A stretch of DNA of 37,927 bases from an uncultured Oscillospiraceae bacterium (GCA_964408695.1 CAYPAL010000002.1:1-37927), one strand, 5' to 3'. Numbered from the stretch's first letter, positions 25,230-35,242 are shown. Translations and numbers: made by a program. The notes: generated from the letters alone by a model not told the origin.

Positions 25230-28200
25230 ATGTACAAAAAAGTATCCACCGACATGAATTTCGTAGAACGCGAGAAAGAGATCCTCGAGTTCTGGAAGAA
25301 TAACGACATCCGTAACCGGTCTATCCGCGGGGAGGAGGACGCGACCCGTACGTTCACACTGTACGACGGTCCGCCGACCGCCAACGGAAAGCCGCATTTC
25401 GGTCATATCAAGACGCGCGTCATTAAGGATGTTATCCCGCGTTTTCACGGGATGAAGGGCGCACGCGTCGAATTCAAGGCCGGTTGGGATACGCATGGAT
25501 TGCCGGTCGAGCTTGAGGTCGAAAAGATGCTCGGCATTAACGGCAAGCCTGAAATCGAGAAATACGGAGTCGAGCCTTTCATTAAGAAATGCAAGGAATC
25601 AGTTTGGAAATATCTGGATGAGTGGGAGCAGATGTCGGACCGTGTCGGCTTTTGGGCGGACATGGAGCATCCGTATGTCACCTATGAGAACAACTACATC
25701 GAGTCCGAGTGGTGGGCGTTAAAGACGATGTGGAACAAGGATATGCTTTACAAGGGGCATAAGATCGTGCCCTATTGCCCCCGGTGCGGAACATCTCTAT
25801 CGAGCCACGAAGTCGCGCAGGGGTATCGTCTGGTCAAAGAAACCTCGGTCTTCGTTCGCTTCGCGGTCGAAAATGAACCGGACACGTATTTAGCCTCTTG
25901 GACGACGACACCTTGGACGCTTCCTTCGAATGTCGGTCTGTGCGTGAACCCTGAAGAAGAATATGTCTTGATTTCGGTTCCCACGGATACGGATGGCACG
26001 GAAAAGACAGTGCGCTACTATATGGCCGGCGTGCTCGTCCCGGTGCTTTTCGAGGACTATACCGTCGAGAAGAAAATGATCGGCAAGGATCTTGTCGGAA
26101 TGCGCTACGAACCGCTTCTGCCGTACGCGAACAAGACCGTCGCCGCATCCGGGAAGAATGCTTTTCGAGTTACGGCTGACGATTATGTCACGATGAACGA
26201 CGGTACCGGTATCGTCCATATCGCGCCGGCATTCGGTGAGGATGACGCTCGGGTCGGGTTGGCTTATGATCTGCCGTTTGTTCAGCTCGTTCTGGAGGAC
26301 GGGACCCTGCCCGAGGATGCCGGGGAATTTGCCGGAATGTTTGTCAAGGACGCGGACCCGCTTCTGATCAAGAAGCTGAACGCGGAGGGAAAGATGCTCA
26401 GAAAGATGCCCTACGAGCATGACTACCCGTTCTGCTGGCGCTGTGACACCCCCCTGATCTATTACGCGCGGACCTCCTGGTTTATCGCGATGACAAAGGT
26501 GAAGGACGCCTTGATCGCCTCGAATCGATCGGTCTCCTGGTATCCCGAGAGCATTCGTGACGGAAGGATGGGTAATTTTCTGGAGAACGTCGTCGATTGG
26601 GGAATTTCCCGAGAACGTTACTGGGGCACTCCGTTGCCGGTCTGGGAATGCGAATGCGGCCATCGCCATTGCGTCGGCTCCATTGAAGAGCTCAAGTCCA
26701 TGTCTCCGGATTGCCCGGACGACATTGAACTGCATAAGCCTTATGTCGACCGCGTCCACATCCGATGCGAGAAATGCGGCGCGATGATGACGCGTGTCTC
26801 CGAGGTCATCGACTGTTGGTTCGACTCCGGAGCGATGCCGTTCGCTCAGTACCACTTTCCTTTTGAGAACAAGGAATTTTTCGAAAAGCATTTCCCGTCC
26901 GAATTCATTTCGGAGGCGCTCGACCAAACGCGCGGGTGGTTCTACTCGCTTTTGGCGATCAGTACGCAGTTGTTCGGACGCTCGCCGTTTGAGAACTGCA
27001 TCGTCATGGGTCTTGTCCAGGACAAGGACGGCATCAAGATGAGCAAGCACAAGGGCAACGTCGTCGACCCTTGGGATATTTTGAACAAGCAAGGCGCGGA
27101 CGCGGCGCGGTGGTATTTTTGCAGTTCCAACGCGCCGTGGTTACCGAGCCGATTCTCGGACGCGGCCGTTTCAGAGATCCAACGCAAGTTCATGGGAACA
27201 CTGTGGAATACCTATGCGTTCTATGTTATGTACGCCAACATCGACGCATTCGATCCTTCCGGAAAATCCATCGCCGACTGCACGTTGACCGTCATGGATC
27301 GATGGATCCTGTCGCGGCTCAATACCCTGATCGCTCAAGTGGACGAGAAGATGACCGCCTATGACATCACCGGATCAAGCCGGCTCATGGAGGTCTTTGT
27401 AGACGAACTGTCCAACTGGTATGTTCGAAGAGGCCGCGACCGCTATTGGGGCAGCGAGATGACGGACGACAAGCTGAGCGCATATATGACCCTGTACACG
27501 GTCTTGGAGCAATTTATTCGGCTGGCCGCTCCGTATGTACCGTTTATTACCGAGTCGATTTTCCAGAATCTGGTTCGCGGCTCGGATGCCGATGCTCCGC
27601 TGTCGGTCCATCTGTGCGATTTCCCGGTCTCGGACGCTTCTTATATTGATGCCGAGCTCGAAAAAATGATGGATACGGCGCAACAAATCGTCTTTCTGGG
27701 CAGGGCATGCCGGAATCAGGCGGCGATCAAGAATCGCCAGCCCCTCTCGCGCCTGTTTGCCGTTTCTCCGACCGTTTTGCCGGACGAGTATCTGGATATC
27801 ATCCGGGACGAACTCAACGTTCGAACCGTCGTTTTCTTAAAGGATGCCGCGGAACTCCTGGATTACTCGATCAAGCCGCAATTGCGTACGCTCGGGAAGC
27901 GGATGGGCGCCAAGATGAACGCGGCGAGAGAGATCATCTGCGCGTTGCCGGGCAAGGCGACGGTAGCGGAGCTGGAGTGCAAGGGCTGCGTGAGCGTCAC
28001 GGTGGACGGAGAGGTTTTCGAGCTGGAGAAGGACGATCTGCTGATCGAGACAGTCCAGCCGGAGGGTTTGTCGACACAGTCGGAGCGTGACTATACGGTT
28101 TCTCTGGATACGTCACTGACCGAGGAATTGATCGAGGAGGGCTTTGTCCGAGAGATCGTTTCCAAAGTACAGACGCACCGGAAGGAATCCGGATACGACG

Positions 28201-28397
28201 TGACGGACCGGATCATTCTGCACTACAGCGGGAATGAGGAGATCGCCCGCATTATCGAGAAGAATAAAGAATTTATCGCTTCCGAGGTCCTCGCGACGGA
28301 AGTGTCCGAAGGGATTGAGGGCGACAGTAAGGAATGGGATATCAACGGACTTAAGTGTACATTGTCTACAATACGGCAGGTGGGGAATAATCAATGA
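25230..28397 (+). CDS. ileS: Isoleucine--tRNA ligase, type 2 (eukaryote-like) form
   Basis: I moved the start to MYKKVSTDMNFVEREKEILEFW, with AAGGAG upstream. It has FTLYDGPPTANGKPHFGH (HIGH), KMSKHKGN (KMSKS), a CP1 editing region and a long C-terminal extension. The listed 25074 start is an upstream read-through. Confidence 0.93.
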   Translation: MYKKVSTDMNFVEREKEILEFWKNNDIRNRSIRGEEDATRTFTLYDGPPTANGKPHFGHIKTRVIKDVIPRFHGMKGARVEFKAGWDTHGLPVELEVEKMLGINGKPEIEKYGVEPFIKKCKESVWKYLDEWEQMSDRVGFWADMEHPYVTYENNYIESEWWALKTMWNKDMLYKGHKIVPYCPRCGTSLSSHEVAQGYRLVKETSVFVRFAVENEPDTYLASWTTTPWTLPSNVGLCVNPEEEYVLISVPTDTDGTEKTVRYYMAGVLVPVLFEDYTVEKKMIGKDLVGMRYEPLLPYANKTVAASGKNAFRVTADDYVTMNDGTGIVHIAPAFGEDDARVGLAYDLPFVQLVLEDGTLPEDAGEFAGMFVKDADPLLIKKLNAEGKMLRKMPYEHDYPFCWRCDTPLIYYARTSWFIAMTKVKDALIASNRSVSWYPESIRDGRMGNFLENVVDWGISRERYWGTPLPVWECECGHRHCVGSIEELKSMSPDCPDDIELHKPYVDRVHIRCEKCGAMMTRVSEVIDCWFDSGAMPFAQYHFPFENKEFFEKHFPSEFISEALDQTRGWFYSLLAISTQLFGRSPFENCIVMGLVQDKDGIKMSKHKGNVVDPWDILNKQGADAARWYFCSSNAPWLPSRFSDAAVSEIQRKFMGTLWNTYAFYVMYANIDAFDPSGKSIADCTLTVMDRWILSRLNTLIAQVDEKMTAYDITGSSRLMEVFVDELSNWYVRRGRDRYWGSEMTDDKLSAYMTLYTVLEQFIRLAAPYVPFITESIFQNLVRGSDADAPLSVHLCDFPVSDASYIDAELEKMMDTAQQIVFLGRACRNQAAIKNRQPLSRLFAVSPTVLPDEYLDIIRDELNVRTVVFLKDAAELLDYSIKPQLRTLGKRMGAKMNAAREIICALPGKATVAELECKGCVSVTVDGEVFELEKDDLLIETVQPEGLSTQSERDYTVSLDTSLTEELIEEGFVREIVSKVQTHRKESGYDVTDRIILHYSGNEEIARIIEKNKEFIASEVLATEVSEGIEGDSKEWDINGLKCTLSTIRQVGNNQ

Positions 28398-29143
28398 TCA
28401 GCATGCTTTTTCAAAGCAATTTATCCACTGAAGAAAAGCTCATGCTCGGGGCGATGATCGTCGTCGTTCTCATCTATTCGTTGTCCATTCATGAACTTAT
28501 GCATGGCTATTCGGCATTCCTGCTCGGAGATGATACCGCAAAACTCAAAGGGCGACTCACGATGAATCCTTTGGCACATCTGGATCCGATCGGTTCGCTG
28601 ATGTTCTTGTTTATCGGATTCGGTTGGGCAAAGCCGATCCCCGTGGATTACGGAAAATTAACCCGATTGAAGAGCCGCGACGCGATGGTACGTATCGTCA
28701 GCGTCGCCGGAGTAACGGCGAACTTCCTCTCTGCTTGGGTCGCTTATTTTCTGTTGTCGATGGTGAACCTGATCGCTTCAAATACTTCATGGGTCCGAGG
28801 CGGATCGGAGAGCGCGATTTTCGTATATTCGATCATCATCCAGTTCATCTGGCTATTTTTCCATTTCAACCTCTTGCTGATGGCGTTCAATTTACTGCCG
28901 TTTCCGCCGTTGGACGGATATCACATTTTGGAAACGATCATTCCGTATCGTTACCGAATTCGCTTTTATAAATACGAGCCCTATTTTCGCTACGGATTGA
29001 TGGCATTGGTATTGCTCGGTATGTTTACGGGCTTCAGTCCGCTTTTCTGGCTCGTCGAAAAGATCCAGCTACCATTTCGCTACATCATACAAACCCCGTT
29101 GGATTGGTTGTCCCCGTTGAATAAGTACATAAGTATCACATAG
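28394..29143 (+). CDS. Site-2 protease family (M50) membrane metalloprotease
   Basis: HELMHG zinc motif, NPLAHLDPIGS, LLPFPPLDG and multiple TM helices. ATGA start/stop overlap with ileS. Confidence 0.8.
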   Translation: MISMLFQSNLSTEEKLMLGAMIVVVLIYSLSIHELMHGYSAFLLGDDTAKLKGRLTMNPLAHLDPIGSLMFLFIGFGWAKPIPVDYGKLTRLKSRDAMVRIVSVAGVTANFLSAWVAYFLLSMVNLIASNTSWVRGGSESAIFVYSIIIQFIWLFFHFNLLLMAFNLLPFPPLDGYHILETIIPYRYRIRFYKYEPYFRYGLMALVLLGMFTGFSPLFWLVEKIQLPFRYIIQTPLDWLSPLNKYISIT

Positions 29144-29190
29144 GCACACGATTCAATATTCCGGCAGAAGGCCGACATTCGGAGGTATAC

Positions 29191-30180
29191 ATGAGCAAAA
29201 AAATCGTACTATCGGGCTCGCGCCCCACGGGAAATATTCATCTCGGCAACTATTTCGGTGCCTTGGAAAATTGGGTGCGTCTGCAGGACGATTATGACTG
29301 CCACTTCTTTATCGCGGACTGGCACGCGTTGACGACCGGATACGACGATACGAAAACACTTTACAAAAACACGGTGAGTTTGATGGCGGATTTTCTGGCG
29401 AGCGGTCTGGACCCCGCAAGGTCGACGCTTTTCTTGCAGTCGCTTGTTCCCAGTCACGCAGAATTATATTTGTTATTAAGCATGATTACACCGCTCTCCT
29501 GGCTCGAGCGTTGTCCGACCTATAAGGATATGATGGCCAATATGGGCGAAAAGGACATCGCGACCCACGGATTTTTGGGCTATCCGGTGCTTCAGGCCGC
29601 CGACATCCTGATGTATAAGGCAGACTTTGTGCCGGTCGGCGAGGATCAGGTCCCGCACTTGGAAATGTCCCGTGAGATCGCACGTCGCTTCAATTTTCTC
29701 TACGAGTCCGAGGTTTTTCCTGAGCCGCAGCCTTTGCTTACGAAATCCAAGGTGCTACCCGGTACCGACGGACGTAAAATGAGCAAGAGTTACGGGAATA
29801 CCATCGCCCTTGCGGATACTCCGGATGAGGTGGGCAAGAAAGTCATGAGTATGATCACGGACCCTGCGCGCATCCGAAAGGACGACCCGGGGCACCCTGA
29901 GGTCTGCACGGTGTTTGCCTTCCACAAAATATTCAGCGAGGACGAGGTCGGAGAGATCGAGGAGCAGTGCAGGAAGGGCGGGATCGGTTGTGTTGCCTGT
30001 AAGAGGAAACTTCAGGAGAGAATGGCTCGATTCCACACCCCGATTTTCGAGAAACGGCAGAAGCTTCTGGAGAACGAGTCCGAGCTTCTCGATATCATTC
30101 GGGACGGATCGGAGCGGGCGAAGGCAAAAGCCGAGCTGACCATGGAAGAAGTACGCAAGGCCGTGCGTATCGGCATTTGA
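29191..30180 (+). CDS. trpS: Tryptophan--tRNA ligase
   Basis: SGSRPTGNIHLGNYFGA (HIGH-type), GEDQVPHLEMSREIARRFN and KMSKS. Confidence 0.93.
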   Translation: MSKKIVLSGSRPTGNIHLGNYFGALENWVRLQDDYDCHFFIADWHALTTGYDDTKTLYKNTVSLMADFLASGLDPARSTLFLQSLVPSHAELYLLLSMITPLSWLERCPTYKDMMANMGEKDIATHGFLGYPVLQAADILMYKADFVPVGEDQVPHLEMSREIARRFNFLYESEVFPEPQPLLTKSKVLPGTDGRKMSKSYGNTIALADTPDEVGKKVMSMITDPARIRKDDPGHPEVCTVFAFHKIFSEDEVGEIEEQCRKGGIGCVACKRKLQERMARFHTPIFEKRQKLLENESELLDIIRDGSERAKAKAELTMEEVRKAVRIGI

Positions 30181-30217
30181 CCGACCCGGCGATTACATTA
30201 AGAAAGGAGTCACAACC

Positions 30218-31039
30218 ATGCCCTCCCATCGGGTCCCCGATTTGAAGATCGACCGGTTCGAAGGACCGTTGGATCTCCTTTTCCATTTGATCGAAAAGAA
30301 CGACATCGATATCTATGATATCCCGATCGCGGAGATCACCGATCAGTATATGTCCTTTCTTCATGGCATGAGCACCCCGGACATGGAGGTCGCCTCCGAG
30401 TTTCTCGTCATGGCGGCGACACTCATTCATATCAAGTCCAAGATGATGTTGCCCGGTATCCGTACGGGCGTTTCGACCGAGGAAGGCGAGGACCCCCGCG
30501 AGGAATTGGTCATCCGACTTCTGCAGTACCGAAGATGTAAAATTCTCGCACAGGACCTCCGCGGACGGTACGCATATTATTCGGGCAGTTTGACCAAACT
30601 GCCGACACTGCCCAAAACGCTTGAAATCACCGTACAATGCGTTCCTCAGGAATTCGAACCGGATTGCTTCAATCGGGCGATTATGGCAGTATGCGCAAGG
30701 AATGAGGTTCGATTCGCGGATTTATCCTCAAAAATCACTCATCTTCTAAAACGTGAAAAAGTTTCAATACGTGATAAAATGAAAGCCGTATGGCAAAAAC
30801 TTACGGAGAAGGGCAGAATCTTCTTCCATGAGATTTTTCCTGCGGCGGAGACGGAGAAGGACGAGCAGGTCGCCGGATTCATGGCAGTACTGGAACTCCT
30901 ACGGAGCAACCGTATCTCTGCGGATCAGGAGAGGCCGTTTGACGTTATCCTCCTTTCCAAGAAAGAAGAGCGTACCCGCAAGGAAAGCCGTATGTATTTG
31001 AAAGAACCGCATCACGTCCGTAAGGAGAACCAGGCATGA
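30218..31039 (+). CDS. scpA: Segregation and condensation protein A
   Basis: FEGPLDLLFHLIEKNDIDIYDIPIAEITDQY is the hallmark ScpA N-terminus. scpB follows with an ATGA overlap. Confidence 0.88.
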   Translation: MPSHRVPDLKIDRFEGPLDLLFHLIEKNDIDIYDIPIAEITDQYMSFLHGMSTPDMEVASEFLVMAATLIHIKSKMMLPGIRTGVSTEEGEDPREELVIRLLQYRRCKILAQDLRGRYAYYSGSLTKLPTLPKTLEITVQCVPQEFEPDCFNRAIMAVCARNEVRFADLSSKITHLLKREKVSIRDKMKAVWQKLTEKGRIFFHEIFPAAETEKDEQVAGFMAVLELLRSNRISADQERPFDVILLSKKEERTRKESRMYLKEPHHVRKENQA

Positions 31040-31704
31040 CGGAAACCCCGACCGACGTTTTTACACTCTCCCGGGATGAACTGCCGGCCGCATTGGAGGC
31101 GGTGCTGTTCGCATCGGGTGATCCGGTATCTTTGGAGCGGATCTGTGAGATCACCGGCACGGAGAAGGAAACGGCTCTCGAAGCCTTACGGAAGATTACG
31201 GACCGGTACAATGAAGACCCGCGTTCGGGAATTTCAGTCCGCCGGCTCGAAAATGATTATGTCATGTGTACGAAGCCCGAGATGAAGGCGATCCTCGAGC
31301 GATTTTTTCGTCCGAGGAGCCGTCCTCCGATGTCTCAGGCGACCTATGAGACACTTGCCGTCATCGCTTATAACCAACCGGTGACAAGGGCTCAGGTCGA
31401 ATCGGTCCGCGGAGTGAGCAGTGACAGCATCATATCAAGGCTTCTGGAACGCGGTTGGATCCAGGAATGCGGGACACTTGACGCACCCGGTCGACCGGTT
31501 TTGTTTGAGACGACCCAGCAATTCCTGATGGAGTTCGGGATCGAGTCCGTCGCGGAAATGCCGGCAATGGATTTGATGATGTACAGCACGATCAGGGATT
31601 TGGAAAAGTCTCTGGAAGAGGCGGCGGGCGGGCGGGACAACCGACAGGTGTCCATCGAGCATTTGCCGGCGGATCCGGATTATCCCGACATGGGGCATCT
31701 GTAA
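31036..31704 (+). CDS. scpB: Segregation and condensation protein B
   Basis: LEAVLFASGDPVSLERI, ETLAVIAYNQPVTRAQVESVRGV and GRPVLFETT, matching the ScpB winged-helix pattern. Confidence 0.88.
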   Translation: MTETPTDVFTLSRDELPAALEAVLFASGDPVSLERICEITGTEKETALEALRKITDRYNEDPRSGISVRRLENDYVMCTKPEMKAILERFFRPRSRPPMSQATYETLAVIAYNQPVTRAQVESVRGVSSDSIISRLLERGWIQECGTLDAPGRPVLFETTQQFLMEFGIESVAEMPAMDLMMYSTIRDLEKSLEEAAGGRDNRQVSIEHLPADPDYPDMGHL

Positions 31705-31760
31705 TTTAGGATATATGCGGCTTTTACAGCCGGTGACATATAGAAGAAAGAGGTGGTTTA

Positions 31761-33251
31761 ATGGGCTCTTTGGAGAAAATGGCTGCTTTTAAGGAAGAGT
31801 ACGCCAAGAACGCGTCGGGATTGCGACGCGAACGAATCGGTGACCGAAGACTGTCGGAGCTTTTTGATCCGGACAGTTTTGTATGTTTGGACAGCAAGGT
31901 GGTTTCCAGACCTTTTTCGGACGCGTTTGACCGTCCTCCCGTCGAGGGCGACGGCGTAACGGTCGGTTACGGAACGATCGACGGAAGACTGGTCTTTGCG
32001 GCGGCACAGGATCCTGAAGTTTACGGCGGATCTATGGGTCGGGCACATTCGATGAAGATCGTTAAGGCGATCGGGATGGCCGTCGATTCGAATGCTCCGT
32101 TCATCTCTCTATTCAGCTCCGGCGGAGCGAGGGTGGAGGAGGGCATCATCGCGCTCGAAGGTCTCGGCGCCGTTTTGGCGGCTTTATCGGACGCAAAGGG
32201 TACGATTCCATTGCTGACGGCTGTTCTGGGCCCGTGTCCGGGTGGTCTTGCGATTGCTGCGGCCAAGTCGGACTTTATTTTCATGGTCAACAAGGTATCG
32301 GGTCTATTCGTTAACAGTCCTTCTCTTTCGGTCATTTCGGACGCTCAGTCCGTGTCCCCCGAAGACATAGGTACCGCGGACATGCACAAAAAGACCGGTC
32401 TGGCGTCTTTCATCGCCGATACGGAGGCGGAATGCTTTTCGAAAATCAGAAACCTACTGAGTTTCATCCCGGTTGTTTCTGACAGCGGCGCTTGCGCTTA
32501 TCGTGCGGCCGTTTCGGGAGATGACCCGAATCGTATTTCGGAACCCCTGGACGGAATGGCGACGGAGTCGGATATTCATCCGGTTTCGGCGGTGAAGGTT
32601 TTCACCGAGATTTCGGATAACAACAAGATCCTGCTCATCGGAAAAGATTACGGTGTGGATATGACCGTCGCTCTGGGCCGAATGGACGGATTGGTGGTCG
32701 GTTTCATCGGGAATGAAACTCCGAGAATGACGCCTCAGGGTATACGCAAAGCGGCCAAATTCGTCTGCTTCTGCGATAATTTTATGATCCCCTTGGTGAC
32801 ACTTACCAATTCCGAAGGTTTCGAGCTCGGTTATAAAACGGAGATTTCGGGAATTCTTGAAGACGCCTCGACACTGGTCGACGCGTTTGCATCCGCCGAT
32901 GTACCGAGAGTCGCCATCCTTGTCGGTAAGGCGATCGGCACGGCGTACCTTTGCATGAACAGCAAAATGATCGGTGCCGATACCGTTTTCGCATGGCCGA
33001 CTGCGGAAGTCTCCATTCTTTCGGCCGACACGGCGGCTCACATTCTGTACAGCGAGAAAATCGCAGGCAGTGAGGACCCGATCAAGGCCAGAGAGCAATT
33101 GGTGGAGGATTACAAGGATCAGATCGCGGATGCGCGTGTCGCCGCTTCCCTGGGTCAGGTGGATGAGTTGATCGCTCCGTCTGCGACGAGGCCGCGTGTG
33201 ATCAGCGCATTGGACATTTTACTTTGCGCCTACCCGCTTACGGAAGCTTAA
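31761..33251 (+). CDS. Acyl-CoA carboxyltransferase subunit (methylmalonyl-CoA decarboxylase alpha / transcarboxylase 12S-like), divergent
   Basis: DGVTVGYGTIDGRLVFAAAQDPEVYGGSMG, SGGARVEEG, GPCPGG, FCDNFMIPLVTLTNSEGF and AWPTAEVS match both halves of the crotonase-fold carboxyltransferase family. Confidence 0.85.
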   Translation: MGSLEKMAAFKEEYAKNASGLRRERIGDRRLSELFDPDSFVCLDSKVVSRPFSDAFDRPPVEGDGVTVGYGTIDGRLVFAAAQDPEVYGGSMGRAHSMKIVKAIGMAVDSNAPFISLFSSGGARVEEGIIALEGLGAVLAALSDAKGTIPLLTAVLGPCPGGLAIAAAKSDFIFMVNKVSGLFVNSPSLSVISDAQSVSPEDIGTADMHKKTGLASFIADTEAECFSKIRNLLSFIPVVSDSGACAYRAAVSGDDPNRISEPLDGMATESDIHPVSAVKVFTEISDNNKILLIGKDYGVDMTVALGRMDGLVVGFIGNETPRMTPQGIRKAAKFVCFCDNFMIPLVTLTNSEGFELGYKTEISGILEDASTLVDAFASADVPRVAILVGKAIGTAYLCMNSKMIGADTVFAWPTAEVSILSADTAAHILYSEKIAGSEDPIKAREQLVEDYKDQIADARVAASLGQVDELIAPSATRPRVISALDILLCAYPLTEA

Positions 33252-33275
33252 CGATAAATAACGGAGGATAACACA

Positions 33276-33695
33276 ATGAAGAAGTACAGAATTACGGTAG
33301 ACGGAAAATCCTATGAAGTCGATGTTGAAGAGATGGGTCAAGGGGTCGCCGTACCTTTAAGCGCGGTCGCGGCACAGCCGACGGCCGCTCCCGCACCGGT
33401 TGCCCCCGCGGCACCTACCGCCCCCTCTGCACCTGCCGCAGAGCCGCCGAAGGCAGCCGTGGCGTCAGCCGCTTCCGTTCAGGGAGAGAAACTCCCGGCT
33501 CCGATGCCCGGAACCATCCTGTCGGTCTCGGTTTCGGCCGGACAGTCGGTCAAAAAGGGAGAGGTGCTCTTGGTACTGGAAGCGATGAAGATGGAGAATG
33601 AAATTGTGGCGCATAAGGACGGCGTGATCAACGGCGTTTTTGTTCAGAAGGGATCGACCGTCAATGCGGGCGATCCTTTGGTAGCATTTGCATAA
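33276..33695 (+). CDS. Biotin carboxyl carrier subunit (1.3S / MmdC-like)
   Basis: 139 aa with an Ala/Pro-rich linker followed by a biotinyl domain carrying the EAMKMENEI attachment motif. Confidence 0.85.
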   Translation: MKKYRITVDGKSYEVDVEEMGQGVAVPLSAVAAQPTAAPAPVAPAAPTAPSAPAAEPPKAAVASAASVQGEKLPAPMPGTILSVSVSAGQSVKKGEVLLVLEAMKMENEIVAHKDGVINGVFVQKGSTVNAGDPLVAFA

Positions 33696-33717
33696 ATGCC
33701 ACGGAGAGGATGAAATA

Positions 33718-35109
33718 ATGGTTAAAATTACAGAGACAATTCTTCGCGACGCGCATCAGTCATTGATCGCGACGAGAATGACCTATGAGGACATGGAGCC
33801 GATGCTGGCGGATCTGGACAAGGTCGGCTACAACGCCTTGGAATGTTGGGGCGGGGCGACATTCGACGCTTGTGTCCGCTTTCTGAATGAAGATCCTTGG
33901 GATCGCCTGAGAAAGATCCGGAAGGCTTGCCCCAACACAGATCTTCAGATGCTCTTGCGTGGTCAGAACCTCCTTGGCTATAAACATTACGCCGACGATG
34001 TCGTTGATTACTTTGTTCAAAAATCGATCGCAAACGGAATCGATATTGTCCGTATTTTCGACGCTCTGAACGATTACCGGAATATTGAGCGATCGGTCAA
34101 GGCGACCAAGAGGGAAGGCGGAAAGGTTCAAGCCGCCATAGCGTATACGACGAGCCCGTTTCACTCGAGCGAGGTTTTCGCAAAGGATGCCAAGCGCCTC
34201 GAAGATATGGGCGCGGACTCCATTTGTATCAAGGATATGTCCGGGTTGCTTCTGCCTTATGAGGCGTTCGAGCTGGTCACCGCGATTAAGAAAGCGGTCA
34301 AGATCCCGATCGAGATGCATACACACTACACATCCGGCTCCGGGTCGATGACATACCTGAAGTCGATCGAAGCCGGCGCGGACATCGTGAACTGCGCGCT
34401 TTCGCCGCTGGCGATGGGAACATCCCAGCCGCCGACCGAGCCGTTGGTCGCGGCGCTCAAGGGAACGCCGTATGACACCGGCCTGGACCTCGATCTTCTT
34501 TCGAAAATTTCGGAATATGCGATTACCCTTCGCGAAAAATACCTCGCGTCGGGACTTCTGAACCCGAAGGTCCTGGGCGTCGATGTCAACGCGCTGAAGT
34601 ATCAGGTCCCCGGCGGAATGCTGAGCAACCTTGTTTCTCAACTCAAACAGGCGGGCAAAGAGGACCAGCTGAACGCCGTATTGAATGAGGTCCCGCGTGT
34701 TCGCGAGGATTTCGGCTTCCCGCCGCTTGTGACCCCTTCCTCCCAGATCGTCGGTACACAGGCCGTGATGAATATCATCACCGGAGAACGTTACAAGATG
34801 GTTCCCAAGGAGTCGAAGGCTCTCGTTCGCGGGGAGTACGGCAAAACGCCGGCTCCGATATCCGAAGCGATCACCAGAAAAATACTCGGAGATGAGCCGC
34901 AGATCACCTGCCGTCCGGCTGATAATATCGAGCCGGAGCTCGAGAATGTCCGGTCTCAGATGTCCGAATACATCGAGCAGGAAGAAGATGTCCTCACCTG
35001 GGCGATGTTCCCGCAGGTCGCCGAGAAGTTTTTCAAGGAGCGTCGTGCGCGTCTGCATGGGATCGACGACAAAGTCGGAAGCTTCGACGGGGCATACCAA
35101 CCGGTCTAG
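33718..35109 (+). CDS. Oxaloacetate decarboxylase alpha / transcarboxylase 5S-like carboxyltransferase, without a fused biotin domain
   Basis: I moved the start to MVKITETILRDAHQSL. It has IKDMSGLL (carbamylated-Lys context) and HTHYTSG, and ends without a biotinyl domain. Confidence 0.85.
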   Translation: MVKITETILRDAHQSLIATRMTYEDMEPMLADLDKVGYNALECWGGATFDACVRFLNEDPWDRLRKIRKACPNTDLQMLLRGQNLLGYKHYADDVVDYFVQKSIANGIDIVRIFDALNDYRNIERSVKATKREGGKVQAAIAYTTSPFHSSEVFAKDAKRLEDMGADSICIKDMSGLLLPYEAFELVTAIKKAVKIPIEMHTHYTSGSGSMTYLKSIEAGADIVNCALSPLAMGTSQPPTEPLVAALKGTPYDTGLDLDLLSKISEYAITLREKYLASGLLNPKVLGVDVNALKYQVPGGMLSNLVSQLKQAGKEDQLNAVLNEVPRVREDFGFPPLVTPSSQIVGTQAVMNIITGERYKMVPKESKALVRGEYGKTPAPISEAITRKILGDEPQITCRPADNIEPELENVRSQMSEYIEQEEDVLTWAMFPQVAEKFFKERRARLHGIDDKVGSFDGAYQPV

Positions 35110-35137
35110 AGCATCGCGATTCATTCCCAAAAAGCAA

Positions 35138-35173
35138 AGAAATGAAAGTTTTCGCAAGAAGACTTTCATTTCT
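35138..35173 (+). terminator. Hairpin terminator after the carboxyltransferase cluster
   Basis: agaaatgaaagt (35138-35149) pairs perfectly with actttcatttct (35162-35173). The T-tract is weak. Confidence 0.5.
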
Positions 35174-35242
35174 GCTTATATTATCGGTATTCCGTGTATA
35201 ATTGGAATTGTTTGAATATTCTTAAACGGAGGGCTTCAGTGA

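Noticed and set aside
25890-27092. 400-aa minus-strand ORF antisense to ileS
   Set aside because: It lies entirely within the clearly homologous IleS frame. Its composition is Arg-rich and motif-free, so I treat it as a shadow ORF.
2413-32445. Window-wide over-representation of TTTTCGAAAA (8 exact copies) as an uptake-signal or methylation-type motif
   Set aside because: Five copies lie in coding sequence. The half-words TTTTCGA and TCGAAAA are very common throughout, for example in many TTTTCGAG strings encoding Leu-Phe-Glu-type peptides. Much of the excess is therefore probably k-mer and codon bias. I kept only the three intergenic copies as a finding.
33760-35169. 469-aa minus-strand ORF antisense to the 5S-like carboxyltransferase gene
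   Set aside because: The plus-strand frame has unmistakable family motifs (LRDAHQS, KDMSGLL, HTHYTSG). The antisense product is Arg/Leu/Gly-rich with no recognisable motif. Long antisense ORFs like this are typical in GC-rich coding DNA.
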